A stretch of DNA of 60,956 bases. It comes from Thainema sp. GTDB taxonomy: Bacteria; Cyanobacteriota; Cyanobacteriia; Phormidesmidales; Phormidesmidaceae. Below the pieces are notes generated by a model. That model had not been told where the DNA came from and ran no database searches. It saw only the letters and a program-made list of their open reading frames with translations. The position numbers and the translations under genes are program-made. Positions within the stretch are counted from its first letter, which is position 1; the number at the start of each line of letters is the position of its first letter. Where the stretch lies: contig JBQLZK010000046.1 in the NCBI GenBank assembly GCA_052168235.1, positions 1 through 60,956 on the forward strand. The letters run 5' to 3'. This document shows positions 1-9,530 of the stretch, one piece after another.

Positions 1-110
1 TTTTATCACCTGCTGTTCCACGCTTGCGTCGCTGCTGAGCCATCGGCTTTGGCCTACTGAACTCTCTGTCTCAATTTTAATTCAACACAAACTTGGGTGG
101 AACCAGGAAT
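1..110 (-). mobile_element. Probable insertion-sequence end interrupting the dynamin-like gene; an ORF starts at 43 (MAQQRRKRGTAGDK...) and runs off the window edge
   Basis: The GTPase frame turns into non-homologous-looking sequence just after DMPGLGDTGLGDAERL. A new ATG-initiated ORF begins about 65 bp further on. Its N-terminus resembles cyanobacterial transposase-like proteins from memory; only 14 codons are visible. Confidence 0.4.
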
Positions 111-1019
111 GTTCATTAGCCGTTCGGCATCACCAAGCCCAGTATCGCCTAAACCAGGCATATCAATAAGTGCAATCTTTCCAACATCAGCATTTGGAAA
201 ACCACAAACGATCTTAGCCTCTTGTACGGCAAGGTAGTTAAAGTAAATCCGTTCTCCATCTGGAGTATCTTGAGCAACGTACTCACGAATTTTTTGCTTA
301 GAAATCTTTTGTGGAGATAGCTCCTTTAATAAATGCTTATATTTATCGAAATTCGTATGATACTTACGAAGATGTTCATACATCGCTCCTGGTTGTGCTT
401 GCCCAGAAAAGTGTTTAGGTAATTCTGGTAAGGGGTTTTGAGCGAATTCTTCCAACGTAAATGGTCTGTGGCCTAGCTGTAGTTTTTCATAGTACGGGCT
501 AATGATTTCATTCAAAAACGAACGCTCTGAGTGAAACCAGACTTCTCCATAAGTCTCTACGCCGGGATTATGGTGGATAGTGCTGCGGACTCCGGTACAG
601 TGGGAACGATCACCAGAAGGAATTTCGTCAGTAGACAATCCCGATAGACTTTGAAGCAGTCTACTCTTACCCTGTCCTGCACGTCCAATAACACCAATAT
701 TTAAAGTCTTACGTGAAAAACGAGTCTTTAGTTTACTTAATGCAGCTAATTCAGTATTGATTTTGCTTTGAACTGTTGCAAGGTTGATTTCCTGTAGGCG
801 TCCCCTAGTTTCCACATCATCAGCTTGTGATAATAACTGGGTACGATGTTCATCCAACCCATGTAAAGCAGAGGAAAGAACTTGAAGATTATTTTCTACC
901 TCTTCAACTTTTATTGCGAGAGGTTGCCTTTTTTCAATAATGCTTGCGATCTGAGTCGTTCTATTTCCAATCATGCATTCACCTAAATATCTCTCTATAA
1001 AATCATAGAACTGGCTCAT
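54..1019 (-). pseudogene. Dynamin-like/50S-binding-type GTPase, probably C-terminally truncated
   Basis: N-terminal coiled coil, G1 GRAGQGKS, G2-like CTG and G3 DMPG. The ORF ends about 30 aa after G3 with no G4 motif or helical stalk. AT-rich, no HIP1. Confidence 0.65.
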
Positions 1020-1200
1020 TTGCTTAAGCCACTAAAAGCAATCCCAAGATAGCAATTCCACAGAATATGTCACTACATGTAGATAATTTGTTAGTAATGA
1101 GGAATGTGCTGGAATTTAATGACGTAACTACAGGGTAATTTGTGAAAATCCGGAAAATGGCTCTAGAAATTTATTGCTTACAGTAGGATGCCCACACAGC

Positions 1201-1431
1201 CTAGCTAGATCCCAACTTTACCGACATCAGTTCCGCAAACGCCTTCAGCGCCTTCCCCATTGCCTTCTGCACGGGTTCCTACTCCACCAGTCCCGCCATA
1301 TCTTCAATGCAGCCCTTGAAAAAATCCTTTGTATAATCCTCCAAACTGCCCTTCAGCAGCGGCCAAAGCACCTCTTTCGCCAAACTCGTCAGACCAACTG
1401 CAACAGCAAAGTCATCAAATCCAAAGGCCAT
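1201..1431 (-). pseudogene. Remnant resembling the N-terminal helical domain of cyanobacterial NACHT/HEAT proteins
   Basis: Manual translation: MAFGFDDFAVAVGLTSLAKEVLWPLLKGSLEDYTKDFFKGCIEDMAGLVE*EPVQKAMGKALKAFAELMSVKLGSS*. In-frame TAG at 1279-1281. The KDFFK...EP...GKALKxF pattern recalls NACHT N-termini. Confidence 0.5.
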
Positions 1432-1447
1432 ATCGTTTCACTGCGAT

Positions 1448-1516
1448 CGCACAATTTTCTCCCATCGTAACCTCATCCATTCAGCATGAGATGGCAATGA
1501 GATGCGATCGCACCTT
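1448..1516 (+). repeat. 69-bp direct repeat, copy 1 (contains HIP1)
   Basis: CGCACAATTTTCTCCCATCGTAACCTCATC...GATGCGATCGCACCTT; near-identical to 2069-2137. Confidence 0.9.
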
Positions 1517-1530
1517 TGCCATTAGTGCGA

Positions 1531-2041
<511 letters not shown>

Positions 2042-2068
2042 TCAAACACCATCTCGCTTGCCAGCCAG

Positions 2069-2137
2069 CGCACAATTTTCTCCCATCGTAACCTCATCTA
2101 TCCAGCATGAGATGGTAATGGGATGCGATCGCACCTT
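2069..2137 (+). repeat. 69-bp direct repeat, copy 2 (contains HIP1)
   Basis: Matches 1448-1516 with about 4 mismatches. Confidence 0.9.
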
Positions 2138-2161
2138 CGCACTTTTATTCATTTCATTTGT

Positions 2162-2734
2162 CTAAAAGGTGCCGCGCTCTACGCTTTGCAAAGCTTCGAG
2201 ATACTCAACAGCCGCTTCCAAACGCGACTCATAATTGCAGGCAAACTCGTCAAACCATAGCCCTTCTTGGGAACGGGGGTCGAGCTGCCGAAGCCACTCT
2301 TTTGCATAGTCGGTCAGTTCCGCTCGGCGCTGAGCTTTCAGTGCCTCTAGACGCCGCTGCTTTTCTCGTTCCTGCTGCTGTTGCTGTCGCTCAGCTTCCT
2401 GCTGCTCTTGCTCCTGCCTGAGCTGCTCGGCTCGGCTCTGGGCTTCCTGTTCAGACTTGAGCTTTGCGATTAGTGGATCGACTGCTGGAGGAATATTGGA
2501 CTGAGTGCGAGGGAGTGACGGCTGCGCCGATGAGGTTGGGCGCAGTGGCTTGGGCGGATGTTTCAGTAGCTCTGCCCGCACAGCCTGCTTTTTACCGTCT
2601 GCCAACTGGTTCAAAAGCTGATCCAGTGACTGAGACGGAGCGGCAGGCTGTGGTTCAGGATTATTGGGCTTGGGCGTTGGCTGCTGACGAGGCTCGTTGT
2701 CCAACTTAGCCAGCAAGCGATCGATCTCATCCAT
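2162..2734 (-). CDS. Slr1339-family (salt-stress) protein
   Basis: MDEIDRLLAKL N-terminus, Q/E coiled coil, C-terminal AKEWLRQLDPRSQEGLWFDEFA..YESRLEAAVEYL. Confidence 0.7.
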   Translation of the reverse strand: MDEIDRLLAKLDNEPRQQPTPKPNNPEPQPAAPSQSLDQLLNQLADGKKQAVRAELLKHPPKPLRPTSSAQPSLPRTQSNIPPAVDPLIAKLKSEQEAQSRAEQLRQEQEQQEAERQQQQQEREKQRRLEALKAQRRAELTDYAKEWLRQLDPRSQEGLWFDEFACNYESRLEAAVEYLEALQSVERGTF

Positions 2735-2747
2735 AACTTAAAGGGTG

Positions 2748-3350
2748 CTAATCTGCGATCGCATTCATCAATACTTCAGCCAAACTCAGATCCGCCATGT
2801 CGTCCATTGTGATCGTGTCACAGATGTCGAACTTAGCGCCCACCGAGCTGAGCTGATCATCCAGCGCTTTCAAAAACTTGGTTGCTCCAGCATCATTACC
2901 AACCTGGATAAACGAAATCGCCAGTTCTTCATCTCGATCCATGTGCTGAGTACCCGCAATGATCACTTCCATGACGGCACGACGGTCATCGGGTTCGCCA
3001 TCCGTGACTACTAGAATCGTTTCACCATTGGGCTTGGTTTGTCCGGCTGCTTTGCGCTGAAGATAACTCTGAATGGCATCGTTTAAGACAGCCGCCAGAT
3101 CCGTCGTACCTACCGGATCATTCTCCATAAAGATTTGCTCAACTTTGCTGGAAGTCACGTCATCGTAGCGCTTGAACCGACTAGAGAAGAGATAGACCGT
3201 GATGCCATCTGGGTCGAACTGCTCACACTTGCGAGCCAGCGCCAGCGTTGATTCTTCAGCGGCTTGCCAACGACTTCTGCCGCCAGGTTGATCTGGGGTG
3301 GACATACTGCCGCTTTTATCGAGAATCAGCGTATAGTCACGATCTTTCAT
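2748..3350 (-). CDS. vWA domain protein
   Basis: MIDAS motif DKSGSM, plus GTTDL and VVTDGEP. Confidence 0.9.
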   Translation of the reverse strand: MKDRDYTLILDKSGSMSTPDQPGGRSRWQAAEESTLALARKCEQFDPDGITVYLFSSRFKRYDDVTSSKVEQIFMENDPVGTTDLAAVLNDAIQSYLQRKAAGQTKPNGETILVVTDGEPDDRRAVMEVIIAGTQHMDRDEELAISFIQVGNDAGATKFLKALDDQLSSVGAKFDICDTITMDDMADLSLAEVLMNAIAD

Positions 3351-3488
3351 GGAGGGGCATCCTGTTACCTAAACTGTCCCTAATCTATCTCAAATCGCTG
3401 GGCTTGTTCCGGAAGGTAAAGAATGTAATACGAAGCCCTTTATGACCGACAATGCTCTCAGTGATTCACTAACACGAGGAGAAAACAG

Positions 3489-3779
3489 ATGAGCACTGAT
3501 GCTAAAACCACTGGAGCCGACGCTGTAGACGCTGCGATCGCAAACGGAGTTGACCTTGATGGTTCCCCCATTCCAGCTGAAAAGCTATCGCTGTATAAAG
3601 AAGTAATGGGCTTCGAAGCCAACCGCCAGCGCAGCGGGGTCAGCAACACCATGCGATCGCGAATCGTCCGCATTGGAGCCAAGCACATCGCCCAAGATGA
3701 GCTAAACCAAAAGCTGCTTGATGCTGGCTTTGCCCCGCTCAAGGAAAAAGAAATCGCCTTCTACTACGGTGGCAAGTAA
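3489..3779 (+). CDS. DUF4090 / Ssr1528-family protein
   Basis: GADAVDAAIANGVDLDGSPIP...RQRSGVSNTMRSRIVRIGAKH; GAGGAG RBS. Confidence 0.8.
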   Translation: MSTDAKTTGADAVDAAIANGVDLDGSPIPAEKLSLYKEVMGFEANRQRSGVSNTMRSRIVRIGAKHIAQDELNQKLLDAGFAPLKEKEIAFYYGGK

Positions 3780-3813
3780 ACGGTTTAGCTCAAAGTCCCT
3801 CTTCCACTCTGGG

Positions 3814-3974
3814 CTACTGTGTACACATAAGTCTCTAGACTCCGTTTCAACGTTGAGATCCCCCTAAATCCCCCTTAAAAAGGGGGAACTTTGAGTCAAT
3901 CCCCCCTTTTAAGGGGGGCAAGGGGGGATCATTCGGGGTTGAGAGGCAGTGATCAAGATGTGTGTACACGGTAG
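3814..3974. mobile_element. MITE with terminal inverted repeats and a target-site duplication, inserted into a REP-like repeat
   Basis: TIRs CTACTGTGTACACA / TGTGTACACGGTAG, flanked by duplicated CCACTCTGGG (3804-3813 and 3975-3984). Internal C/G-tract palindrome GATCCCCC...GGGGGGATC. Confidence 0.8.
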
Positions 3975-4246
3975 CCACTCTGGGAGAGGGATTCAGGGTG
4001 AGGGGAAGTAACTTTTGTGACTCTCAATTCAGCTATCTCAAACTGTCTGAAGCATCTACTGAGAGAAGTATTACGGTAGGTGCTTCTTCATGTCGCGCTG
4101 TTAAGAAAACCAAATATTTTATAACAGGAACTTATATGTAAATTCTATTGTCATTTGTGGGAATTATGAATAATGTAGAGACATAGGGTTTACACCAGTT
4201 TTGCTGAGGAGGCTAAACCCTAGGCATAACCTATCGGAGAAGCATC

Positions 4247-4531
4247 ATGGTTTCCACATCAAACTTTTTCAAAACAACTGATACTGCTGTTCATCCTATC
4301 CTGACGCCCGTAGAACCGTCTTTAGATACCCGCATCAGCACCGCTAGAGAGCATGCTCGTCGTCTCACTGCTCTTTATGGGGTCACGTCTCCCGATGTAG
4401 CCGTTGCTTGGGAAGAAGTTGAAGAACTGCTTTCCGTCAAAGCTAAACAAAGAGAGCAAAAAGTTACCGCTTTTGAAGAGTATTGCAGCCTCTATCCCGA
4501 TGCGCCAGAGTGCCGTATATACGACGTTTAG
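4247..4531 (+). CDS. cp12: CP12-domain protein with the C-terminal Cys pair only
   Basis: AWEEVEEL core motif and C-terminal FEEYCSLYPDAPECRIYD. Confidence 0.88.
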   Translation: MVSTSNFFKTTDTAVHPILTPVEPSLDTRISTAREHARRLTALYGVTSPDVAVAWEEVEELLSVKAKQREQKVTAFEEYCSLYPDAPECRIYDV

Positions 4532-4548
4532 AGGGCTTAGCTACTGGA

Positions 4549-4971
4549 TTAGTACTGGATTAATGCTGCATTAACCAAAACGGCTGCTATCGCCAGTAGG
4601 CCAAACAAAATCACAGCGCTGATGATAATCTGACTCGATGAGCGAGAGGAACGACTTAAGTAATTGTTGCGCTCAATAGCTCTAATTTGAATCGGATATT
4701 CCACCACGGCTAAACCTAGTAGAAACAGGCCAAGTGCGATCGCGCTTAAGCCCATCACTGAAGCTACTGTCTGATTAAACCTGGAACTTTGCTCCGGAAA
4801 GACGTTGCTAAATGCGATGTAGATGTGTTCGGTTGCAATACCAAAGCCAATCAGCACAACGCTGCTTTGAATCCAAGCCATAAGTGTGCGTTCAGCCGCT
4901 GCTCGGTTGCGCTCTTTGGCTAACTCGTTCGTGGCGCTGTATGGTCGTTGTGGTGGAGGCTGAGCACTCAT
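4549..4971 (-). CDS. YidH/DUF202 family membrane protein
   Basis: ELAKERNRAAAERTLMAWI followed by 3 TM segments. Confidence 0.85.
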   Translation of the reverse strand: MSAQPPPQRPYSATNELAKERNRAAAERTLMAWIQSSVVLIGFGIATEHIYIAFSNVFPEQSSRFNQTVASVMGLSAIALGLFLLGLAVVEYPIQIRAIERNNYLSRSSRSSSQIIISAVILFGLLAIAAVLVNAALIQY

Positions 4972-4981
4972 AGGAACCAAA

Positions 4982-5410
4982 TTAACCAACCAAACGCAAA
5001 ATTGAGCGGATAAAAATCCCTAGGAAAGCCAGCACACCAATGCCAATCAAGCTAACCGCAACCGTCATGCCCAGCGAACGACGGGGCCGATAGTAATAAT
5101 CAGCATCTTGCTGAATATGCTTTAGTTCCTGTCGATGCTCCCATACGGCTGCCAGCATGGCATAGGTGCCTACTCCAATAAAGCCCAAGCCCAAAATTCG
5201 CGATAGACGCACGGGGTTCACGCTGTCTACAACTTGTAGGCTCAGAATTGCGCTGACCACCGTGTCGATGCCAAAGCCAAAGCTAATCAGGGCAAGGCAA
5301 GTCCGGATCCAGGCCATTAGCGTTCGTTCTGCCGCCGCCCGGTTCCGCTCCTTGGCTAGCTCCGCCTGCATATTCGGCGGCTGACGAGGCGAATTCGCAT
5401 CCATCTGCAT
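4982..5410 (-). CDS. YidH/DUF202 family membrane protein
   Basis: ELAKERNRAAAERTLMAWIRTCLALISFGF followed by 3 TM segments. Confidence 0.9.
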   Translation of the reverse strand: MQMDANSPRQPPNMQAELAKERNRAAAERTLMAWIRTCLALISFGFGIDTVVSAILSLQVVDSVNPVRLSRILGLGFIGVGTYAMLAAVWEHRQELKHIQQDADYYYRPRRSLGMTVAVSLIGIGVLAFLGIFIRSILRLVG

Positions 5411-5490
5411 TCATCTCCTTCCAGAAATATTCCTATCTTGCATCAAGATCAAGCATCCAATTCGTTTTGGGTAGAACGCAGGTCTGATTA

Positions 5491-5570
5491 ATACAGCAAT
5501 CTTAAATTGATTATGAACAGGCCGTTCCGCTGGGGTGGCTTGTTCATAATCAACTCAGTTCACTAGCTAT
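5491..5570. repeat. Hairpin MITE-like repeat (same family as 29020-29086)
   Basis: TTGATTATGAACAGGCC...GGCTTGTTCATAATCAA inverted repeat. Confidence 0.7.
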
Positions 5571-5574
5571 TTAA

Positions 5575-5664
5575 TAGACTTTATTGGAAATAAAGTTTTT
5601 GGGGTTGGAAATTGTTTTGTAGCGCGGCTCCGCCGCGCTACAAAACAATTTCCGATAAGGTCTA
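5575..5664. repeat. MITE-like element with TIRs and a long internal hairpin
   Basis: TAGACTTTATTGGAAAT / ATTTCCGATAAGGTCTA ends; GGAAATTGTTTTGTAGCGCGG...CCGCGCTACAAAACAATTTCC stem. Confidence 0.65.
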
Positions 5665-5690
5665 ATAGAGCTATAGATAGCAAAGATATC

Positions 5691-5721
5691 AAAAGGCACC
5701 CTGCTAGCAGAGTGCCTTTTT
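5691..5721 (-). terminator. Rho-independent terminator (possibly bidirectional)
   Basis: AAAAGGCAC-CCTGCTAGCAGA-GTGCCTTTTT hairpin with A/T tails, just downstream of the 5754-5915 gene. Confidence 0.6.
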
Positions 5722-5753
5722 GCTTGAGCTCTAAAATACCAAAACAGCCAATA

Positions 5754-5915
5754 TTAGTTTTCGCGTTTTAATGCTTTAGTGTAGAGCCACTGTAATCCAC
5801 CTGCATCCAATCGTACCAGTGAATAACCCGGTACAGGCTGTTGCTGAGGATTTACAGTTTCAACCACACCAGATTGATTGTTTGCAGGGCACACAACACG
5901 GGTACCAGGCTCCAT
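5754..5915 (-). CDS. Small hypothetical protein (53 aa, SH3/KOW-like beta pattern)
   Basis: MEPGTRVV...GVVETV...YSLVRLDAGGLQWL; GAGG RBS and a downstream terminator. Confidence 0.55.
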   Translation of the reverse strand: MEPGTRVVCPANNQSGVVETVNPQQQPVPGYSLVRLDAGGLQWLYTKALKREN

Positions 5916-6138
5916 AAAGATCAATCCTCTCGATTCGACAATTCTCACGATTTTTTACTTTACCGTGTTTGCCCCAAAATTCAAACGTTGAAATGTTAAC
6001 GCCTGTAGCGGATTCGATTTACGCCGTTTGTCACTCAAAATCGAGAAGAGGGTATCTCACCGACATATTCATTGGCACATTCATTGGCATATTCATTGGT
6101 TGGTTCAAGGTGCGATCGCAATTTTCTATTGCCCAAAG

Positions 6139-6534
6139 CTACCGTTCAATCGGGGTTCGATCTGGGTAGCGACTGCTCAGCAGTGCCGTTGTGCGGGCCA
6201 GACGAGCTTGGGTTTGAATCATGTACGGCCCACTCAATCGCCAGGCTCCTAACACCATCAACAGCAAGCCAATCAGTAGATCACCGCCCGCCACTGCCAA
6301 AATCGCCATCGGCCAGCTTAGACCCCAATCATAAGCAAACCAAACCGCTAGCACCTGGAGCAAAACAGTTGTCATGGTTAGCAAAACAGCACCTAGCAGC
6401 AGCAGGACTACGCCGACAATAATCCGGCTGCGTTCCTGGCGAGCTTCTTGAGTCGCAATATCCAGGTGCATGTCGATCAGGACGCTGGCTACGCGCCAAA
6501 GACGCTGAATATAGCTGTTTAGGGTATCAACCAA
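6139..6534 (-). CDS. Phage-holin-family (YqjE-like) membrane protein
   Basis: HLDIATQEARQE followed by two TM helices, directly downstream of a YqjD/DUF883-like gene. Start codon uncertain. Confidence 0.7.
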   Translation of the reverse strand: MVDTLNSYIQRLWRVASVLIDMHLDIATQEARQERSRIIVGVVLLLLGAVLLTMTTVLLQVLAVWFAYDWGLSWPMAILAVAGGDLLIGLLLMVLGAWRLSGPYMIQTQARLARTTALLSSRYPDRTPIER

Positions 6535-6538
6535 GCCG

Positions 6539-7054
6539 TTAGCGTCCACGGCCACCTCCGATGATGATGCCGAGTAGGAAACCAATACCCAGAGCCGTGA
6601 GTAAGCTGGTACCAATATTGCTCCGCGCCCGATCGCTGACTTCCGGCAGCACGTCTTTTTTAAACTGGCCGACTAAATCTTCGGTATGTCGCTCTAGAAC
6701 CTGCAAAATTTGGTCAATCTCCGAGGAAAGCCCGCTGCCGTTTGCGTCATTGCTGGTGCTGTGGGTGCTGCTGCCGCTAGGAGCGGGTTTAACCTGGGCT
6801 TCTTTAGCTGCGCGATCGCGAATGGCCAAACTGTTTAACTCGGCTAGCTGGCGTCGGACGAGGGTACGCGTATGCTCAGTCTGATCTGCAATGTAGTCAA
6901 CCACTGCGTCGAAATCGCCTTCCGCTGCCTTAATTACCTCAGTATCCATACTCGGCCACTCGGCCTCAATTAGCGGGATCAGCTCATTCAGATTGTCCTT
7001 AAACGAGTCATCTGACAGTTCAGCCAGTTTACCGGAGTTGTTGCGCGTTGCCAT
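6539..7054 (-). CDS. CsbD-like N-terminus plus YqjD/ElaB (DUF883)-like C-terminal membrane anchor
   Basis: LIEAEWP...AAEGDFDAVVDYIADQT and C-terminal SLLTALGIGFLLGIIIGGGRGR. Confidence 0.65.
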   Translation of the reverse strand: MATRNNSGKLAELSDDSFKDNLNELIPLIEAEWPSMDTEVIKAAEGDFDAVVDYIADQTEHTRTLVRRQLAELNSLAIRDRAAKEAQVKPAPSGSSTHSTSNDANGSGLSSEIDQILQVLERHTEDLVGQFKKDVLPEVSDRARSNIGTSLLTALGIGFLLGIIIGGGRGR

Positions 7055-7098
7055 AATGCTTCACCAAAATGCGATACCACAAGTGCGATCGCAAGCCC

Positions 7099-7176
7099 TA
7101 GTGGTCTGTTTAAGTTTATTTTTGAGGATAAATTTCCGAAGAGTTTAGCTCCAAAAATAAACTTAACGCTGTACTC
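7099..7176. repeat. AT-rich hairpin/MITE-like repeat
   Basis: TTAAGTTTATTTTTGAG...CTCCAAAAATAAACTTAA inverted repeat. Confidence 0.55.
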
Positions 7177-7224
7177 AACGCTATTAGATTAGCGAATAAA
7201 CCCACCTGTTCGCTGACGAGTCGC

Positions 7225-7500
7225 TTACAAAATTTGACAGATCTGCTGAATTAACTGATCCAGGTGCTGGTCACAAAACCGCTCAGCATCCGCTGTTGAA
7301 ATCCCACGTGCGATCGCATAGGTTTCAAATGCGTTATAAATCATTGCCGTTGCAATTTCCCGCTCCTCTTCCGCCACGGCCCACCGCAGCTCAACACAGC
7401 CCCGAATCATCAAGTTCAACAGCTCATGCTCATGCTGCAAATCCACCATCAGCTGCTCAGCAATAGATTGCGATCGCGCCTGAAAACCATCTTCAGCCAT
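7225..7500 (-). CDS. Hypothetical protein (91 aa)
   Basis: Helical, protein-like ORF starting at MAEDGFQ. Confidence 0.6.
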   Translation of the reverse strand: MAEDGFQARSQSIAEQLMVDLQHEHELLNLMIRGCVELRWAVAEEEREIATAMIYNAFETYAIARGISTADAERFCDQHLDQLIQQICQIL

Positions 7501-7597
7501 AGCATCAACTCTCAAACAACCATCACCTTTACAGCCTTTATAATTCTCTAGCTTCTTGCTCCTCACCTCTTCTACCGCTAGCCTAACCGATCTACAA

Positions 7598-7628
7598 GAA
7601 AAAACCCTCAACCGCTGGGATTGAGGGC
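7598..7628 (-). terminator. Rho-independent terminator downstream of the GMC gene
   Basis: CCCTCAA-TCCCAGCGG-TTGAGGG followed by a U-tract on the minus strand. Confidence 0.55.
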
Positions 7629-7849
7629 GCTGGTCATTAGAGATTAGGAAGGATAGAGGAGCTGTCCAGAGAGCAAGAAACGCGACTACCGTATGACTGG
7701 GAATTCATCGTCGGATGCGTAACTCGATGTCTTTAGTATCGAACGAAGGAAGAATTTTCTCCGTGACGCGGATACTTCCCAAACTGTGATTAGCTCAGAG
7801 TTTGAGCGTGATCTTGATCATATCGGCAACCACAGCTGGATAACGTGAA

Positions 7850-9361
7850 TTAACCGAGCCGCTCGATTAGGTGTTCCCCAACTCGCAGCGCATTGGCCAT
7901 AATCGTCAGTGCTGGACTGACGCTTGGACAGGAGGGGAAGAAACTGCTGTCTACTACATAAAGATTGTCAATTTCATGGGTGCGACAGTTCACATCTAGG
8001 ACTGAAGTCATCGCATCGACGCCCATGCGGCAGGTACCAGACTGATAGCCCACCACCTGAACGGGCGCTTCAGCACGAGGAAAGACAGCGCTGCGTTTGG
8101 CGTCTTTGGTATCCCGTTCCATGATTTTTAACACCTCGAGCCAGCGGTAGACCAAACGATCATGGGCTTCCGTATTATTCGGCTCAAACTCATAGCGCAG
8201 CTTGCCGTTGAGCAACCGCACTCGATTATTGGGATCAGGCAAAACGCCCGTTTGCGCCCACCAGCCAATCGAGCGCATTGCTAATTGCTTCAAACCGACT
8301 CCCGGCACGATTTGCGCCAGTACTGAGAGCAGCGGTGGCGATTCCGAAAATACCACATCTTGCAGTAGCCCCCCGCTGTTTTCGATGTGACCCATCGGAT
8401 AGGGATAGTCGCCATTGCCCCAGTAAAAGTCATTGACGCTGACGCTGCGGGGAAACGTGCCGGAGTTGTTGGCTGCGCCTCGCTCCACGATCACCGTCAT
8501 CAGCGGCTTCATCAGGTTCCGTCCTAGTTGGTCAGAGCTGTTCGCTAAGCCATTGGGATGCTTTTCATTAGAGGATTGCAGCATCAGCACTGCCGAGTTG
8601 ACTGCACCGCAGGCCAGCACTACGATATCGCCATTAAATAGAGTTGCCTGCCCTTCAATTTCCGCCTGCACCCCCTTGATGACGGCACCGGAAGGGTTAG
8701 TGTGCAAGCTAACCACCTTCGCACCTGTCTTCAGCGTCACGTTGTCGTGTTTCAGCGCCAGGTTAATACCGAACACCTCGGCATCACCCGTGGGGTCATC
8801 ATCTTGACGGGTCAAACTTAGCGGCAGTGGCGTAGGATGCAACCCTTGATGTGCAATCGCATCTATCATCGGCTGCATGACGGGTTCATGGTCAATAGCC
8901 GGATAGGGATAATCAGCGCTGTGCTTAGGTTCAGTGGGATCATTCTGGCAGTCCCCATGCACCTGGTAAAGCTGCTCGGCGGCGGTGTAGTAGGGTTCAA
9001 AGTCGGCGTACTTGAGTGGCCATTCGGGGGCAAGACCGTCTTGATATTGAACGGCTTCGAAATCGCGATCGCGCATTCGCATTAGGGAAGCCGCGTAGAT
9101 CTTGGTATTGCCGCCAACGGCGTAGTTAGTCTGGGGTGAAAAGGGTTCGCCGCTCTTGTCGTACCACTGTTCCGGTGCGTGATAGCGCTCTTTTTTGAAC
9201 AGGTCAACATCGGCTCGGTTCTGATCTTCTAGCGCCATGCTCAAACCACGCTCCAGAATCAAAATCCGCTTGCCCGTGGGAGCGAGCTTCTGGGCCAAGG
9301 TGCCACCTCCAGCCCCTGTGCCCACAATGATTACGTCATAGTATTGATCATCAATAATCAT
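7850..9361 (-). CDS. GMC family oxidoreductase
   Basis: GTGAGG FAD motif, VGGNTK, LACGAVNS, GTCRMG, NLYVVDSSFFP...PALTIMANA. Confidence 0.92.
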   Translation of the reverse strand: MIIDDQYYDVIIVGTGAGGGTLAQKLAPTGKRILILERGLSMALEDQNRADVDLFKKERYHAPEQWYDKSGEPFSPQTNYAVGGNTKIYAASLMRMRDRDFEAVQYQDGLAPEWPLKYADFEPYYTAAEQLYQVHGDCQNDPTEPKHSADYPYPAIDHEPVMQPMIDAIAHQGLHPTPLPLSLTRQDDDPTGDAEVFGINLALKHDNVTLKTGAKVVSLHTNPSGAVIKGVQAEIEGQATLFNGDIVVLACGAVNSAVLMLQSSNEKHPNGLANSSDQLGRNLMKPLMTVIVERGAANNSGTFPRSVSVNDFYWGNGDYPYPMGHIENSGGLLQDVVFSESPPLLSVLAQIVPGVGLKQLAMRSIGWWAQTGVLPDPNNRVRLLNGKLRYEFEPNNTEAHDRLVYRWLEVLKIMERDTKDAKRSAVFPRAEAPVQVVGYQSGTCRMGVDAMTSVLDVNCRTHEIDNLYVVDSSFFPSCPSVSPALTIMANALRVGEHLIERLG

Positions 9362-9416
9362 GGATTTCTCCTCTGGAGGTTACCGATGCATAACGTCATT
9401 TGAACCAAGTCATTCC

Positions 9417-9483
9417 GTAGGGGCGGGTTTAGCCAATCACTGTTCGGTTTGCATGGAAACTGTTATTCGAAACCCGCCCCTAC
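9417..9483. repeat. GTAG-family REP pair
   Basis: GTAGGGGCGGGTTT...AAACCCGCCCCTAC. Confidence 0.8.
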
Positions 9484-9530
9484 AGGCAACTCAAAAAATA
9501 ACCAAACCCACTCCTGCAAATAGGCAAATC

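Noticed and set aside
6062..6099. 12-bp tandem repeat CA(T/C)ATTCATTGG x3 giving a HIHW-repeat ORF
   Set aside because: Simple intergenic tandem repeat with no spacers, so not CRISPR; the ORF looks spurious.
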